A stretch of 64,000 nt of DNA, taken from positions 124,001 to 188,000 of the forward strand of contig JAPMXV010000017.1 in assembly GCA_026936335.1 (NCBI GenBank), read 5' to 3'. Position 1 is the first letter of the stretch. Each line of letters opens with the position of its first letter. Below are positions 34,851 through 43,511 of the stretch, one piece after another. The translations under genes were made by a program, and so were the position numbers. The stretch is from Mantamonas sphyraenae STR306. Taxonomy: Eukaryota; Protista; CRuMs. The notes under the pieces are model-generated. The model saw only the letters and a program-made list of their open reading frames with translations, made no database searches and had not been told where the DNA came from.

Positions 34851-37800
34851 ATGTCGATTCTGAAGTGTCAGCACCATAGCTGCAACAACGAGACAGTGCT
34901 CATGGTGTGCTGGGTAACGTCAGCCCCATCTCACGTGTCGCTGGTGTGTCCGACCTGTGTGGCCGACAACGAGTCGATTTCCCTGTACACACCACGAACA
35001 AGACTACCTGCAAATCTGGGCGAGCCCGAAGGTGACATGCAAGGGTACGCCAACGTCAACGGTGTCAACACCGCGAAGGTGGCATGCTGGGTGTCGTCCT
35101 ATTCAACTGCTGTGCGCGCCTCTCCACCTCTGCGAACGTCCATGTGCAAGTACCTTCTCGCATGGCTGGAGGCAACGACAGGCGGGAACGACCCGACCCA
35201 GTTGGGGCCTGAGCCTGGGGAGCAAGGTAAGCTCAAACCGCACTCAATCCCGCTGACCCGATTGCTCACCCGCCCCCTCTTCTTTGCGCCGGCACACACA
35301 GACCCCAGCGTCGTCAACACGGCCCTTCTGCGGCAGACCTGGTGCATGGCCATGTTCTGTGACGACGACATGTATGCCGTGGCCTGCAACGATCTCTTCC
35401 TTGCCGCTACAGCGCTCGCGGGGGGCGACGACCTGTGGGGTGACTCGGCAGATTTCCATCACCGCCTCGAGGTCGCATTCGACTCTGACTTCCCCATCCA
35501 GATGTTGCATGGTGGTACCCCCCCGCCAGCGGACGCCGCAGGGGTTGCAAAGCTTGCGGAGCGAGGAGCACTCCAGCAGCGTGTGGGCGAGGGCCTGCCG
35601 GAGCAAAACCAGCAAGTGCCCTTCGGGGTGCTCTGTTTCAAAGGGGCCCACTACACGGCATGGCTTCCACTGGCGGAAGGGAAATTCCGTGTGTACAATG
35701 ACCTTGCGCAGCAGCTGACTGACGAGGAGTGGCCCGCGCCTGAGCGTGCGCCCACGGGTTTCAGGCTGGTTTTCCTCAAGTCTCAACCGGAAAAGGAGTG
35801 GCGGTTGCCGTCTGCCATGGGCACCGTGGCTCTCGACAACAAATCAAACGTGTTCCGCAAGCCCATGGCCATCAAGGGCCCGCGAGTTGTGATGCAGAGC
35901 AAGGAGAGCTCCACCTCAGCTGCTGGGAGGCGTTTGTACGCGCATTCTGCACGGGCTCGTGGGACAACACCAGCGCCTCTGGGCAGGCCACCCTCGACTC
36001 GGGTGCAGGTTGCCGGGTCAACCGCATCTGTGCGTGGGCTCCGTTTCAACCGTGTGCCTGCCACGCAGACATCGGCAGCAGGGCAGCTGACACAGCTTCC
36101 GACTTCAAGCGGCGACAAGACGCCAGTGACCGCCAAGTATCTGGACGTGTTGAACGACAACTGGCAACCCCCACCTTTGGCTGACTCTGCTGTCAACGAG
36201 GGCGTGGAGGGTGGTGTGCAGCGTGGCGTCGCTGGGTCGGGGGGAACCCGCCTTGCCGCAGTGTACGTTGGCCTCAGCAGCCTCGCCGCTCGCTACTTGC
36301 ACCTCTCCGACCATACCATCACGCATCCCGCCACGTTCACCTCTGCCTGGCAATGGGTCACCACGATCCTCGACACTGTGTTGCCCAGATTGAGCAAGCT
36401 GTTTTCGACTCGCACGGTTGTGGTTGTGGACGACGTCGTGTCCACAGCCGCACTGTTTGCAGGTCGAGCCACGCCAGCCGAGCTGCAACGCTTCTACCAG
36501 CAACTGAGTGCAGCTGCGTCCCAGGACACCTTCTCCAACGCCAAGCAGCGAGCGTTCGCCGCTCGTGCCACTGTCACCACCCTGGCGCCAGTGATGCGCG
36601 ACTACCTTGCTGCCCATCAAGTGGCAACGATGTCACTGGACGAGTTCGTCACAAACCAGGCCGTCAGAAATAAGGCCGTCAGAAACCAGGCCGCCAAAAA
36701 CCAGGTCAAGGCCGAGGACGATGTCGTTCTGTGCCACCGCGAGGGGCGTCTCATGGCTGGCCTCGCACTCCATGGGTCAGCTCCGGGGCTGCGGGTTGTC
36801 AACATCTTCAACGCCCATGTGGTGGACACGAAGAAAGTGCACGCCAAAGCGACGTCATGGAAACTGATAACCTGGGCCAATGGAGTCAAGAAGAAGCCCA
36901 AAAAGGGGAAGACGACAAAGACCAAATCGCGAGGGAAAACATCGATCAAGAGTGACGACGAAAAGAAGGAAGAAGAGACTGAAGCGCTGAGGAAGCAGCT
37001 GCTCACGGTGGGTCTGGAGGAGACCGAACGTGACCATGGTCCCATGTCGGCCGTCGCCTTGGCGCAAGCAGTCTGCCAGCGACTTGGAGGAGTGCATGGT
37101 CTCGATCATCAACGCGCGCAGACCGTGATGGAGTCGTTCAGCAGACTGTGTACGCAGGCCAAGCCGAAACCGCGCTCAGTGGAGGAGTTGGCACAAGCAT
37201 TGGGCTTGACTGAGGTCAACATCACCTACAACCACAAGCCAGAGCTGAAGAACACCGATGACACCCGTATGCATATGGAGTACACGCTCGGGCGTGGCCA
37301 CAGTGCACGGGAAGGGACGCTGCACGTGCAGGAATTGCCATTCCATCTCGCACAGGGCATTCACAAGGATGTTGCGAAGGCCATGGTGGGCCAGGAGGAC
37401 GCCACGGAGCCGGACGAGGAGGACTGTGCGGTGCCCTACCTGCTGACGGCAACTGAAGCCGAAATCGCGCAGCTTGTGGAGGAGATTCCTGCTGGCTTTG
37501 ATGCATCTGTCTTCAAAAAGAACAAGGAGGAGTCACTCGGTTCCCGTGAGGCCGTTACAAGGTGGACATCTGTTCCACATGTGATCACAGCACGGCACGA
37601 GAAACAACTGGCAGTGCTCGTGCGGAAGGATGGCCAGGTGCTTCGCCCTCCTGCGACGCCATCATCAGCGACCCGTGCGGACCTATTCGAGGTGGCGCTC
37701 CAGACAGGGGCAACAACAGAGGGCGAGACATTGACGCCGCTCAAGGATGCTTTTTATGACAAGGATGACGTGAAGGGAAGCCAGCGGGGGCGACCCGTGT

Positions 37801-40800
37801 GGATTCCGCACGGTTTTGATTTCGCCACGCTGCTGCCTTCGGCCACGGCGATCAGGGAGCACGATTTTGTTGAGTACCAGAGCGATCTCAAGAAGAATCT
37901 GAAGCTGGAGGCGAACGTGCGTGGGCTGGGAAAGAGCGAGGCTGACGTTCTTGGAGCGTTGGCGGACTGTATGCTCGTGCAAACAGCCTTGCTTCGAGCA
38001 TGGTTCGTCGACCAGGTGATTCCAGAGGTGAAAAAGGACCCAACTGCATGGTTCACTGCGCCCCATGGACGCCAGCAATCGGTGGATGGCAGCGACGAGC
38101 AGGAGGAGGCGGAGCTGGATGAGGTGGAGCTGGATGAGGCGGAGCTGCCAACAGAGGATCAGACGATGATTGACGGGATGGTGGTCGACGGGATGGTGGA
38201 AGTTCACAGCCGCGTGAAGCCCTTCTACCTGCTCGAAGCGTCCACGGCTCTGCGCACAGTGGCGACGCACAACCTCAAGGTACTCAAGGAGAACGTGGAC
38301 ACCCCAGAGGAGCTCAAGTCTGTACGATTTACCAGGAACGGGATACAGAAGGCGGGCGATGGTCAACATGGTTTCGACTTTTCCTTCATGGTCACGCGTC
38401 TGAAGGTGGATCTTTCGGAGGCGCCCGTGTCGAGCATGGCCAATGACATCGCTCGTGCCTTCAATGGCAGCCTGCAGTCGGCCATCTCCTTGTGTGCCTA
38501 CCCGATGATCGTGGCGCTGATGAGGAACGGGGCGCCCAGCGAGCTGCCCATGTCCGCCATCGTGGCCAGCGTCGCCGCGCTCATGCGTACAAGCTATGCA
38601 AAGACCAAGAAGGCGTTCCAAACCCACCAGGTGTCGACAAAGGACACACGTGACTTTGTGTTCTCTCAGCCCATCCACAAGGCCACAAAGGCTGCTGCCG
38701 CGGCTGCTGCTCACTCTTCAGTGGAGGTCCAGGGGCCCTCCATGGATGTGCAGGAGTCCTCCATGGATGTGCTGCCCTCTGTGGATGTGGAGTCATCCAT
38801 GGATGTGCAGGAGTCCTCCGTGGATGTGCTGCCCTCTGTGGATGTGGAGTCATCCATGGATGTGCAGGAGTCCTCCGTGGATGTGCTGCCCTCTGTGGAT
38901 GTGGAGTCATCCATGGATGTGCAGGAGTCCTCCGTGGATGTGCTGCCCTCTGTGGATGTGGAGTCATCCATGGATGTGCAGGAGTCCTCCGTGGATGTGC
39001 TGCCCTCTGTGGATGCGCAGCGCTCACAAGGTGTATCTCCATGGGACCCGTACGAGGAAGTGTGCACAAGTCTCTCGGATCAACTCGGCAAGCACGTGCG
39101 TGGCAAACGGGACGCGTTGTCTGTGCTGTTGGATGTGATGCTCAAGCCCGACCTGAAGACCAATCTCAAAAGCACACAAGCAAAGCGCGCCATTGCATCG
39201 ACAGCAGCATCATTGGACTGTGTTGACGCGATGTTTCCCGGTCCGGTTGACATTGGCGGCCAGTTCGTCTTCGGCGCGTACTCCGTCAAGACGTACGCGT
39301 TTAAGATCTTTGTGAACACCATGGAAGCAAGGTGGAAAGCACATGGAACGCCGAACGGGAATGCCAACCCAGATGACCCCCCGGACGCCAACCCAGATGA
39401 CCCCCAAGACGCCAACCCGGACGCCAACCCGGACGCCAACCCGGACGCCAACCCGGACGCCAACCCAAACGACCCCCCAGACGCCAACCCGAACGCCAAG
39501 TCGGACGCCAACCCGGGTTGGTGGAATGCACTGAAAGAACGCGAGTGGGTTTTGACGGATGAGGCCATCCCGAGTCTCCCTAAATGGCTCAAGCAGGCAG
39601 TGTATCGGTGTCGGTATGCTCGTCGCATGCCAGAAAACAATGACGAGGATACTCAGCCAGTCCAACACTGGGCAGGAGAGCGGCCGCTGCAAACCGTGCC
39701 TCTGAAGTCAATACTCATGCTCACGCGCGGCGTTGGCACGAAAAACGCAAGGTGCCTGCTGAAGAACGTCAGCGCCAGCAGCATGCGCATGCTCTCTGGT
39801 GGAATCGCCGCTCAGGGGAAGTACAGGCGAGCCTTGGTGTTACAGCCACCAAGAGTTCACACTCTCCTGCCTTCACCGGCGAGCCTCGCAACATTGATCA
39901 GGCCAAGGATGGCTCATCTCCTGCCCCTTCTGCTGGACCCCAAGAAGAACGCGCTGATTGCCCTTGCCGTACTGAACCCAACGGGCATGCCAGACGCGCT
40001 GGTGGAAGCCGTCCAGCAGATCGCGCCTGGCTTTCCGGATTGCCCTGTTCCGAAGCGTGGCTTGGTCGAGCACGTCAAGGCCTTTGCCAAGAATGGATAC
40101 GCAGTCCTTGAGCATGCACGCAAGGTGCTGTGGATCAGCATTGACCCTGGTCGTGGACGCGACTGGGTCGAGGCGATCTTTGTGCGGGACGGCCAGCTGT
40201 ATGTGGCCACCTTGCCCCTGGACAGCCACGATGTGCAGGCACACAAGGCAGGGCAGGACCGAGTGCTGGCGTCGTACACGGACTTCAAGGAGGAGTACAA
40301 GCAACGTGTCTTCGGAAAAGATTTGCACAAGGATGCGAAGCACATGCGTGCGCAGTACGCAACGTTTCGCAAACGAAGGATGGCAGGCGTGCGTGAGATG
40401 ATCTCCGTGATCCACAAGTTCCGCGCACATCTGGGCCTGGAGCAGGTGATTGTGCTGCAGCCGACAAAGACGTTTGGCGGACGCGGGAAATCGCAGGAGA
40501 TGCGGGAGATGCTGGCCAACCACTTTGTGGTCATTGCAGCAGACGAGAGGTATACATCGCAGCAGTGCTTCTGTGGCAGCGCTGTCGACAACTTGGACGA
40601 CTTTGGCGCTGAGAAGTTTGGGCGATGGCGGACGTGCAGCAGCCACTGCCTGTCGGACATCGACTCCAACATGTTTGACGCCACCAAGCAGCTCAAACGC
40701 TTTGCACAACGGCACGCATGCAAAGAGATGGAGGGCGAGGGTGAGCACAACTTGCACCAGGCAGTTCAGAGAGACCGAGGCTCTGCACACTGCATCTTCT

Positions 40801-41012
40801 GGCGGCAGATGCTCTTCTTTGTCACAGGCGTCTGGATGGAGAAGCCAACAAAGAAAATCAAGGTGCAACGCAAGGCAGCAGACAAGGCAGGCGAGAGAAG
40901 CAAGAAGAGAAGAGATGAGGAAGTGGGGGAAGAAGAGGATTCGGGTGGGTCACAACCACAACAGCATGCTCCCAAGCGACAAAGGGTACAGCGACCAAGG
41001 ATAGGCAAATGA
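34851..41012 (+). CDS. Giant Fanzor (TnpB-like RNA-guided RuvC nuclease), 2053 aa, with N-terminal USP-like cysteine-protease domain
   Basis: RuvC-I WISIDPG (D1765); RuvC-II strand VIVLQP lacking E; alternative catalytic DERYTSQQCFC (E1899); zinc finger CFC...CSSHC; RuvC-III QRDRGSAHCI (D1975); basic NLS-like tail. Lies beside a Tc1/mariner transposase. Confidence 0.85.
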   Translation: MSILKCQHHSCNNETVLMVCWVTSAPSHVSLVCPTCVADNESISLYTPRTRLPANLGEPEGDMQGYANVNGVNTAKVACWVSSYSTAVRASPPLRTSMCKYLLAWLEATTGGNDPTQLGPEPGEQGKLKPHSIPLTRLLTRPLFFAPAHTDPSVVNTALLRQTWCMAMFCDDDMYAVACNDLFLAATALAGGDDLWGDSADFHHRLEVAFDSDFPIQMLHGGTPPPADAAGVAKLAERGALQQRVGEGLPEQNQQVPFGVLCFKGAHYTAWLPLAEGKFRVYNDLAQQLTDEEWPAPERAPTGFRLVFLKSQPEKEWRLPSAMGTVALDNKSNVFRKPMAIKGPRVVMQSKESSTSAAGRRLYAHSARARGTTPAPLGRPPSTRVQVAGSTASVRGLRFNRVPATQTSAAGQLTQLPTSSGDKTPVTAKYLDVLNDNWQPPPLADSAVNEGVEGGVQRGVAGSGGTRLAAVYVGLSSLAARYLHLSDHTITHPATFTSAWQWVTTILDTVLPRLSKLFSTRTVVVVDDVVSTAALFAGRATPAELQRFYQQLSAAASQDTFSNAKQRAFAARATVTTLAPVMRDYLAAHQVATMSLDEFVTNQAVRNKAVRNQAAKNQVKAEDDVVLCHREGRLMAGLALHGSAPGLRVVNIFNAHVVDTKKVHAKATSWKLITWANGVKKKPKKGKTTKTKSRGKTSIKSDDEKKEEETEALRKQLLTVGLEETERDHGPMSAVALAQAVCQRLGGVHGLDHQRAQTVMESFSRLCTQAKPKPRSVEELAQALGLTEVNITYNHKPELKNTDDTRMHMEYTLGRGHSAREGTLHVQELPFHLAQGIHKDVAKAMVGQEDATEPDEEDCAVPYLLTATEAEIAQLVEEIPAGFDASVFKKNKEESLGSREAVTRWTSVPHVITARHEKQLAVLVRKDGQVLRPPATPSSATRADLFEVALQTGATTEGETLTPLKDAFYDKDDVKGSQRGRPVWIPHGFDFATLLPSATAIREHDFVEYQSDLKKNLKLEANVRGLGKSEADVLGALADCMLVQTALLRAWFVDQVIPEVKKDPTAWFTAPHGRQQSVDGSDEQEEAELDEVELDEAELPTEDQTMIDGMVVDGMVEVHSRVKPFYLLEASTALRTVATHNLKVLKENVDTPEELKSVRFTRNGIQKAGDGQHGFDFSFMVTRLKVDLSEAPVSSMANDIARAFNGSLQSAISLCAYPMIVALMRNGAPSELPMSAIVASVAALMRTSYAKTKKAFQTHQVSTKDTRDFVFSQPIHKATKAAAAAAAHSSVEVQGPSMDVQESSMDVLPSVDVESSMDVQESSVDVLPSVDVESSMDVQESSVDVLPSVDVESSMDVQESSVDVLPSVDVESSMDVQESSVDVLPSVDAQRSQGVSPWDPYEEVCTSLSDQLGKHVRGKRDALSVLLDVMLKPDLKTNLKSTQAKRAIASTAASLDCVDAMFPGPVDIGGQFVFGAYSVKTYAFKIFVNTMEARWKAHGTPNGNANPDDPPDANPDDPQDANPDANPDANPDANPDANPNDPPDANPNAKSDANPGWWNALKEREWVLTDEAIPSLPKWLKQAVYRCRYARRMPENNDEDTQPVQHWAGERPLQTVPLKSILMLTRGVGTKNARCLLKNVSASSMRMLSGGIAAQGKYRRALVLQPPRVHTLLPSPASLATLIRPRMAHLLPLLLDPKKNALIALAVLNPTGMPDALVEAVQQIAPGFPDCPVPKRGLVEHVKAFAKNGYAVLEHARKVLWISIDPGRGRDWVEAIFVRDGQLYVATLPLDSHDVQAHKAGQDRVLASYTDFKEEYKQRVFGKDLHKDAKHMRAQYATFRKRRMAGVREMISVIHKFRAHLGLEQVIVLQPTKTFGGRGKSQEMREMLANHFVVIAADERYTSQQCFCGSAVDNLDDFGAEKFGRWRTCSSHCLSDIDSNMFDATKQLKRFAQRHACKEMEGEGEHNLHQAVQRDRGSAHCIFWRQMLFFVTGVWMEKPTKKIKVQRKAADKAGERSKKRRDEEVGEEEDSGGSQPQQHAPKRQRVQRPRIGK
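38739..39014 (+). repeat. 57-bp in-frame tandem repeat (~4.8 copies; SMDVQESSVDVLPSVDVES)
   Basis: Near-identical units with period 57 (e.g. 38794 and 38851), each built from 21+18+18-bp subrepeats. Confidence 0.95.
39360..39516 (+). repeat. 12-bp-based in-frame repeat encoding DANP/DDPP
   Basis: GACGCCAACCCG repeated; protein NANPDDPPDANPDDPQDANPDANPDANP... Confidence 0.95.
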
Positions 41013-41117
41013 TCGGCCTACAGATCCAAATCCACAGGCTTACCCATACTACCTTGTCGCACCATGTGGTGCATCGACTAGCCGAAGGCCATGTGCACAG
41101 CCATGTGGCCAATACAA
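41013..41117 (+). ncRNA. Candidate Fanzor omegaRNA scaffold
   Basis: Lies between the Fanzor stop and the inferred right end. Stems 41013-41020/41079-41085, 41059-41064/41067-41072 (extended by GTC/GAC) and 41087-41095/41102-41110. Confidence 0.55.
41092..41117 (-). repeat. Candidate right imperfect TIR
   Basis: Reverse complement TTGTATTGGCCACATGGCTGTGCACA; followed by TA at 41118-41119. Confidence 0.45.
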
Positions 41118-41129
41118 TATTGCTTCCAC

Positions 41130-42708
41130 TCACGCCACACACTCCTGCAACTTGCTGGCCGTCTTGACCAGCGTGCGGTACCGTTTGATGTACAGCTGGA
41201 TGCGTTTCATGGTGCGCTCGACCTTGCGAATGGTCTTGTCGTCGGCATGCTGAGCCACATCCTCGTGCAGCTTCTCCTCCCAGAGCTTCATCAGACGTGT
41301 GTGGTCGCTGCGCACACGTTCCACCTCCTTCTGTGCCATCTCCACCTCCTCGCGACTCTCGGCAGCCGTCTGCTCCGCCAACACGCGGCGATGCATCACG
41401 TCCGCTTCAATCAGCCCCAACGCCGCCTGCTGCTGCTCCAACCGCGCCTTCAGCGCCTCCTTCTCCTCCACCAGAGCGTCCAATTGCTCTCCCAGCGCCT
41501 CCACGTTGCGATTCACCTTTGCCACCGCTGCAGCCGACGCTGAGGATGACGAGGACGCACTCGCAATCTCCAACTGCGCCGCTTGTGCGTCCAGCTGTGC
41601 CGTGCGTGCCACCAGAGCGGCCTCTTGTGCCTGCGTCTCGCCGAGCTTCCCGTGCAGCTGCTGGTACTCGCGTGCAGTGGCCAGCGACTTCAGAAACGCC
41701 TCATCGTTTGCCGCATCCGACGTCGTCGTCGGCACCACCGCCTCCTTGCCCTGCAACTTGCGCAGCTCTGCTTCAATGTTCACCGTGCGCTCGTAGATGC
41801 GGTTCGGCACGGCGTCGGCCAGGAACTCGTCCAGCTTGCCCGATGCAATCGGCAGCTCGTCCTCGACCTCCTTGATCGGCTCATTCGACGCCTCTTCCAC
41901 CGCCTCTGCGACAACACTGGACTCTGGCTGTTGGTTGGTCCCCTCCTCTGCTTCTTCCACGCCAGGGATGTCTGCAAATGCAACCGCCTTGGTGGTGGCG
42001 ACGGTGGCGGTTTCCTCCTCTGCCTGTGCGTTGTTTGCAGCCAGTGCCGGGGTCGACATGATCTGCACCGCTGCGTTCTCCTCCACAGGCGAACGTGCAA
42101 GGCCGCCTCCACGTTTGAACGGATCCACGCCCATCGGCGTGACCGGCTGCTCCTGCGCAGGCGCGGCAGGCGCGGCAGAGACCGTTTCCACAGGAGTGCG
42201 TGCAAGCCCACCTCCGCGACTGAACGGATTGTTGTTGTTGGTGGTGGTGGTGGTGGTGGTGGTGGTGGCCGTGGTGTCCGCAACCGTTGCGGTCTCCACA
42301 CGCGGTTGCGTCTTGATCTGCTCCACCGGTGTGCGTGCAAGTCCGCCTCCACGCTGGAACGGGTTGCCGGCTCCACCAGCTCCCATCAGCTGCTCCTCCT
42401 CGGCTTCCTGAACCTCCACCTTGTCCTCTTTCTCCTCTGCAACTGCCACTGTCTCTTGGCGCGCTTGCACTTGCACGGGTGTCCTTGCCAATCCACCACC
42501 GCGCTGGAACGGATTGCCTCCTCCGCCCATCTCCACGCGTGCCTGTGTCTTGACTTGTTCCACTGGGGTGCGTGCAAGCCCACCGCCACGCTGGAACGGA
42601 TTGCCAGCTCCACCACCAGCTCCCATCAGCTCCTCGTCATCATCATCCTGCTGCGTTGCCATCCCGGTGCTGTTCGTCGTCGTCGTCGTCGAATCAGCAA
42701 CCGGGTCA

Positions 42709-42740
<32 letters not shown>

Positions 42741-43400
42741 CTGGACTCGGGCCTGCACAGGGGTGCGTGCAAGGCCGCCGCCGCCGCGCTTGAACGGATT
42801 TCCCTCGTTGCCTTGCACCAGCTCCACGTCCACGTCGTCCACCTCCTTGCGCGACAGTGCACTCTTCTGAGGGGTGCGTTTGATTTGACTGCGCGGCGCA
42901 AAAGGGTTTTCCTCGCCTTCCTTGAGCTCAACCACTCGGCGTGTGCTCTTGGCCTTGGGTGTCACAAATTGCTGCTGCTCCGCACCTCCGTTTGCGTTCT
43001 CTTTGCTCTCTTCCACCATACCATGCTTCTGGTGGCTGGCCAGTTGCCACAGCTTGTCACCATACTTCACCTCCAGCTTGTCCACAATGGCCTCCACGGC
43101 TTGGAACAGCTTGGCTTCCGGCGCCAGGCGCTGCGTTTTCTTCTTCATGTGACTCAGGTCCATGGCGTTGAATCCCTTGTTGATCAGCTTGCGTTCGCCA
43201 CCAATCTTCACTTCGGACGCGTCCCAGCCCATGTTCTTGTCAAACAGGCCAAACAACGTGGCGAAAAGGTGGTTCAAATCTTGACGGCTCAGCAACGACA
43301 CGTCGCTTCCGCCCGCCTGCAGCGCTCCCAGACGCCGCAGCTTCTTCTGCAGCTCCGCACTGCACATCTCTCGCTTCCTGCTACCGCTTACACTCGACAT
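41130..43400 (-). CDS. Disordered protein with repeated NPFxRGGGLARTP motif and C-terminal coiled coil
   Basis: Single ORF, likely start MSSVSGSRKRE; six close copies plus one degenerate copy of the motif; KEN box; TP/SP sites. Confidence 0.75.
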
Positions 43401-43511
43401 CGCTCGCTCTCCTGTGTTCTCAGTCCAATGGCGCGTGGTTGACGCTGACGTTTGAAAAATGGAACGGTGGAATTTTTTGGCGCGCACGGCGCAGCATCTG
43501 CCCGCATCCTC

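Larger units (their letters stand above)
32473..41117 (+). mobile_element. IS630/Tc1-mariner DNA transposon carrying a Fanzor (~8.6 kb; boundaries inferred)
   Basis: Intronless transposase plus Fanzor between two minus-strand host genes. TA at 32471-32472 and 41118-41119. Ends align ungapped at 14/26 nt (TTGT, GCTGTG, CA). Confidence 0.75.

Noticed and set aside
33933-34877. Short ORFs in the transposon spacer as accessory genes
   Set aside because: Short, overlapping in several frames, with no recognisable motifs.
38739-39014. Regular repeats within a Cas12-related gene as a CRISPR array
   Set aside because: Head-to-tail units with no unique spacers, in frame within the ORF; this is a coding minisatellite.
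32473-41117. Bacterial contaminant or chimeric contig
   Set aside because: Clean junctions within a few bases of intact spliced host genes, an NLS-like tail and Fanzor-type motifs favour a genuine insertion; spanning long reads would settle it.
42085-42915. Interspersed ~40-bp repeats with variable spacers just downstream of Fanzor as a CRISPR-like or guide array
   Set aside because: Variation is mostly synonymous, spacing is irregular and all copies are in frame in a host ORF outside the inferred element; this is a protein motif.
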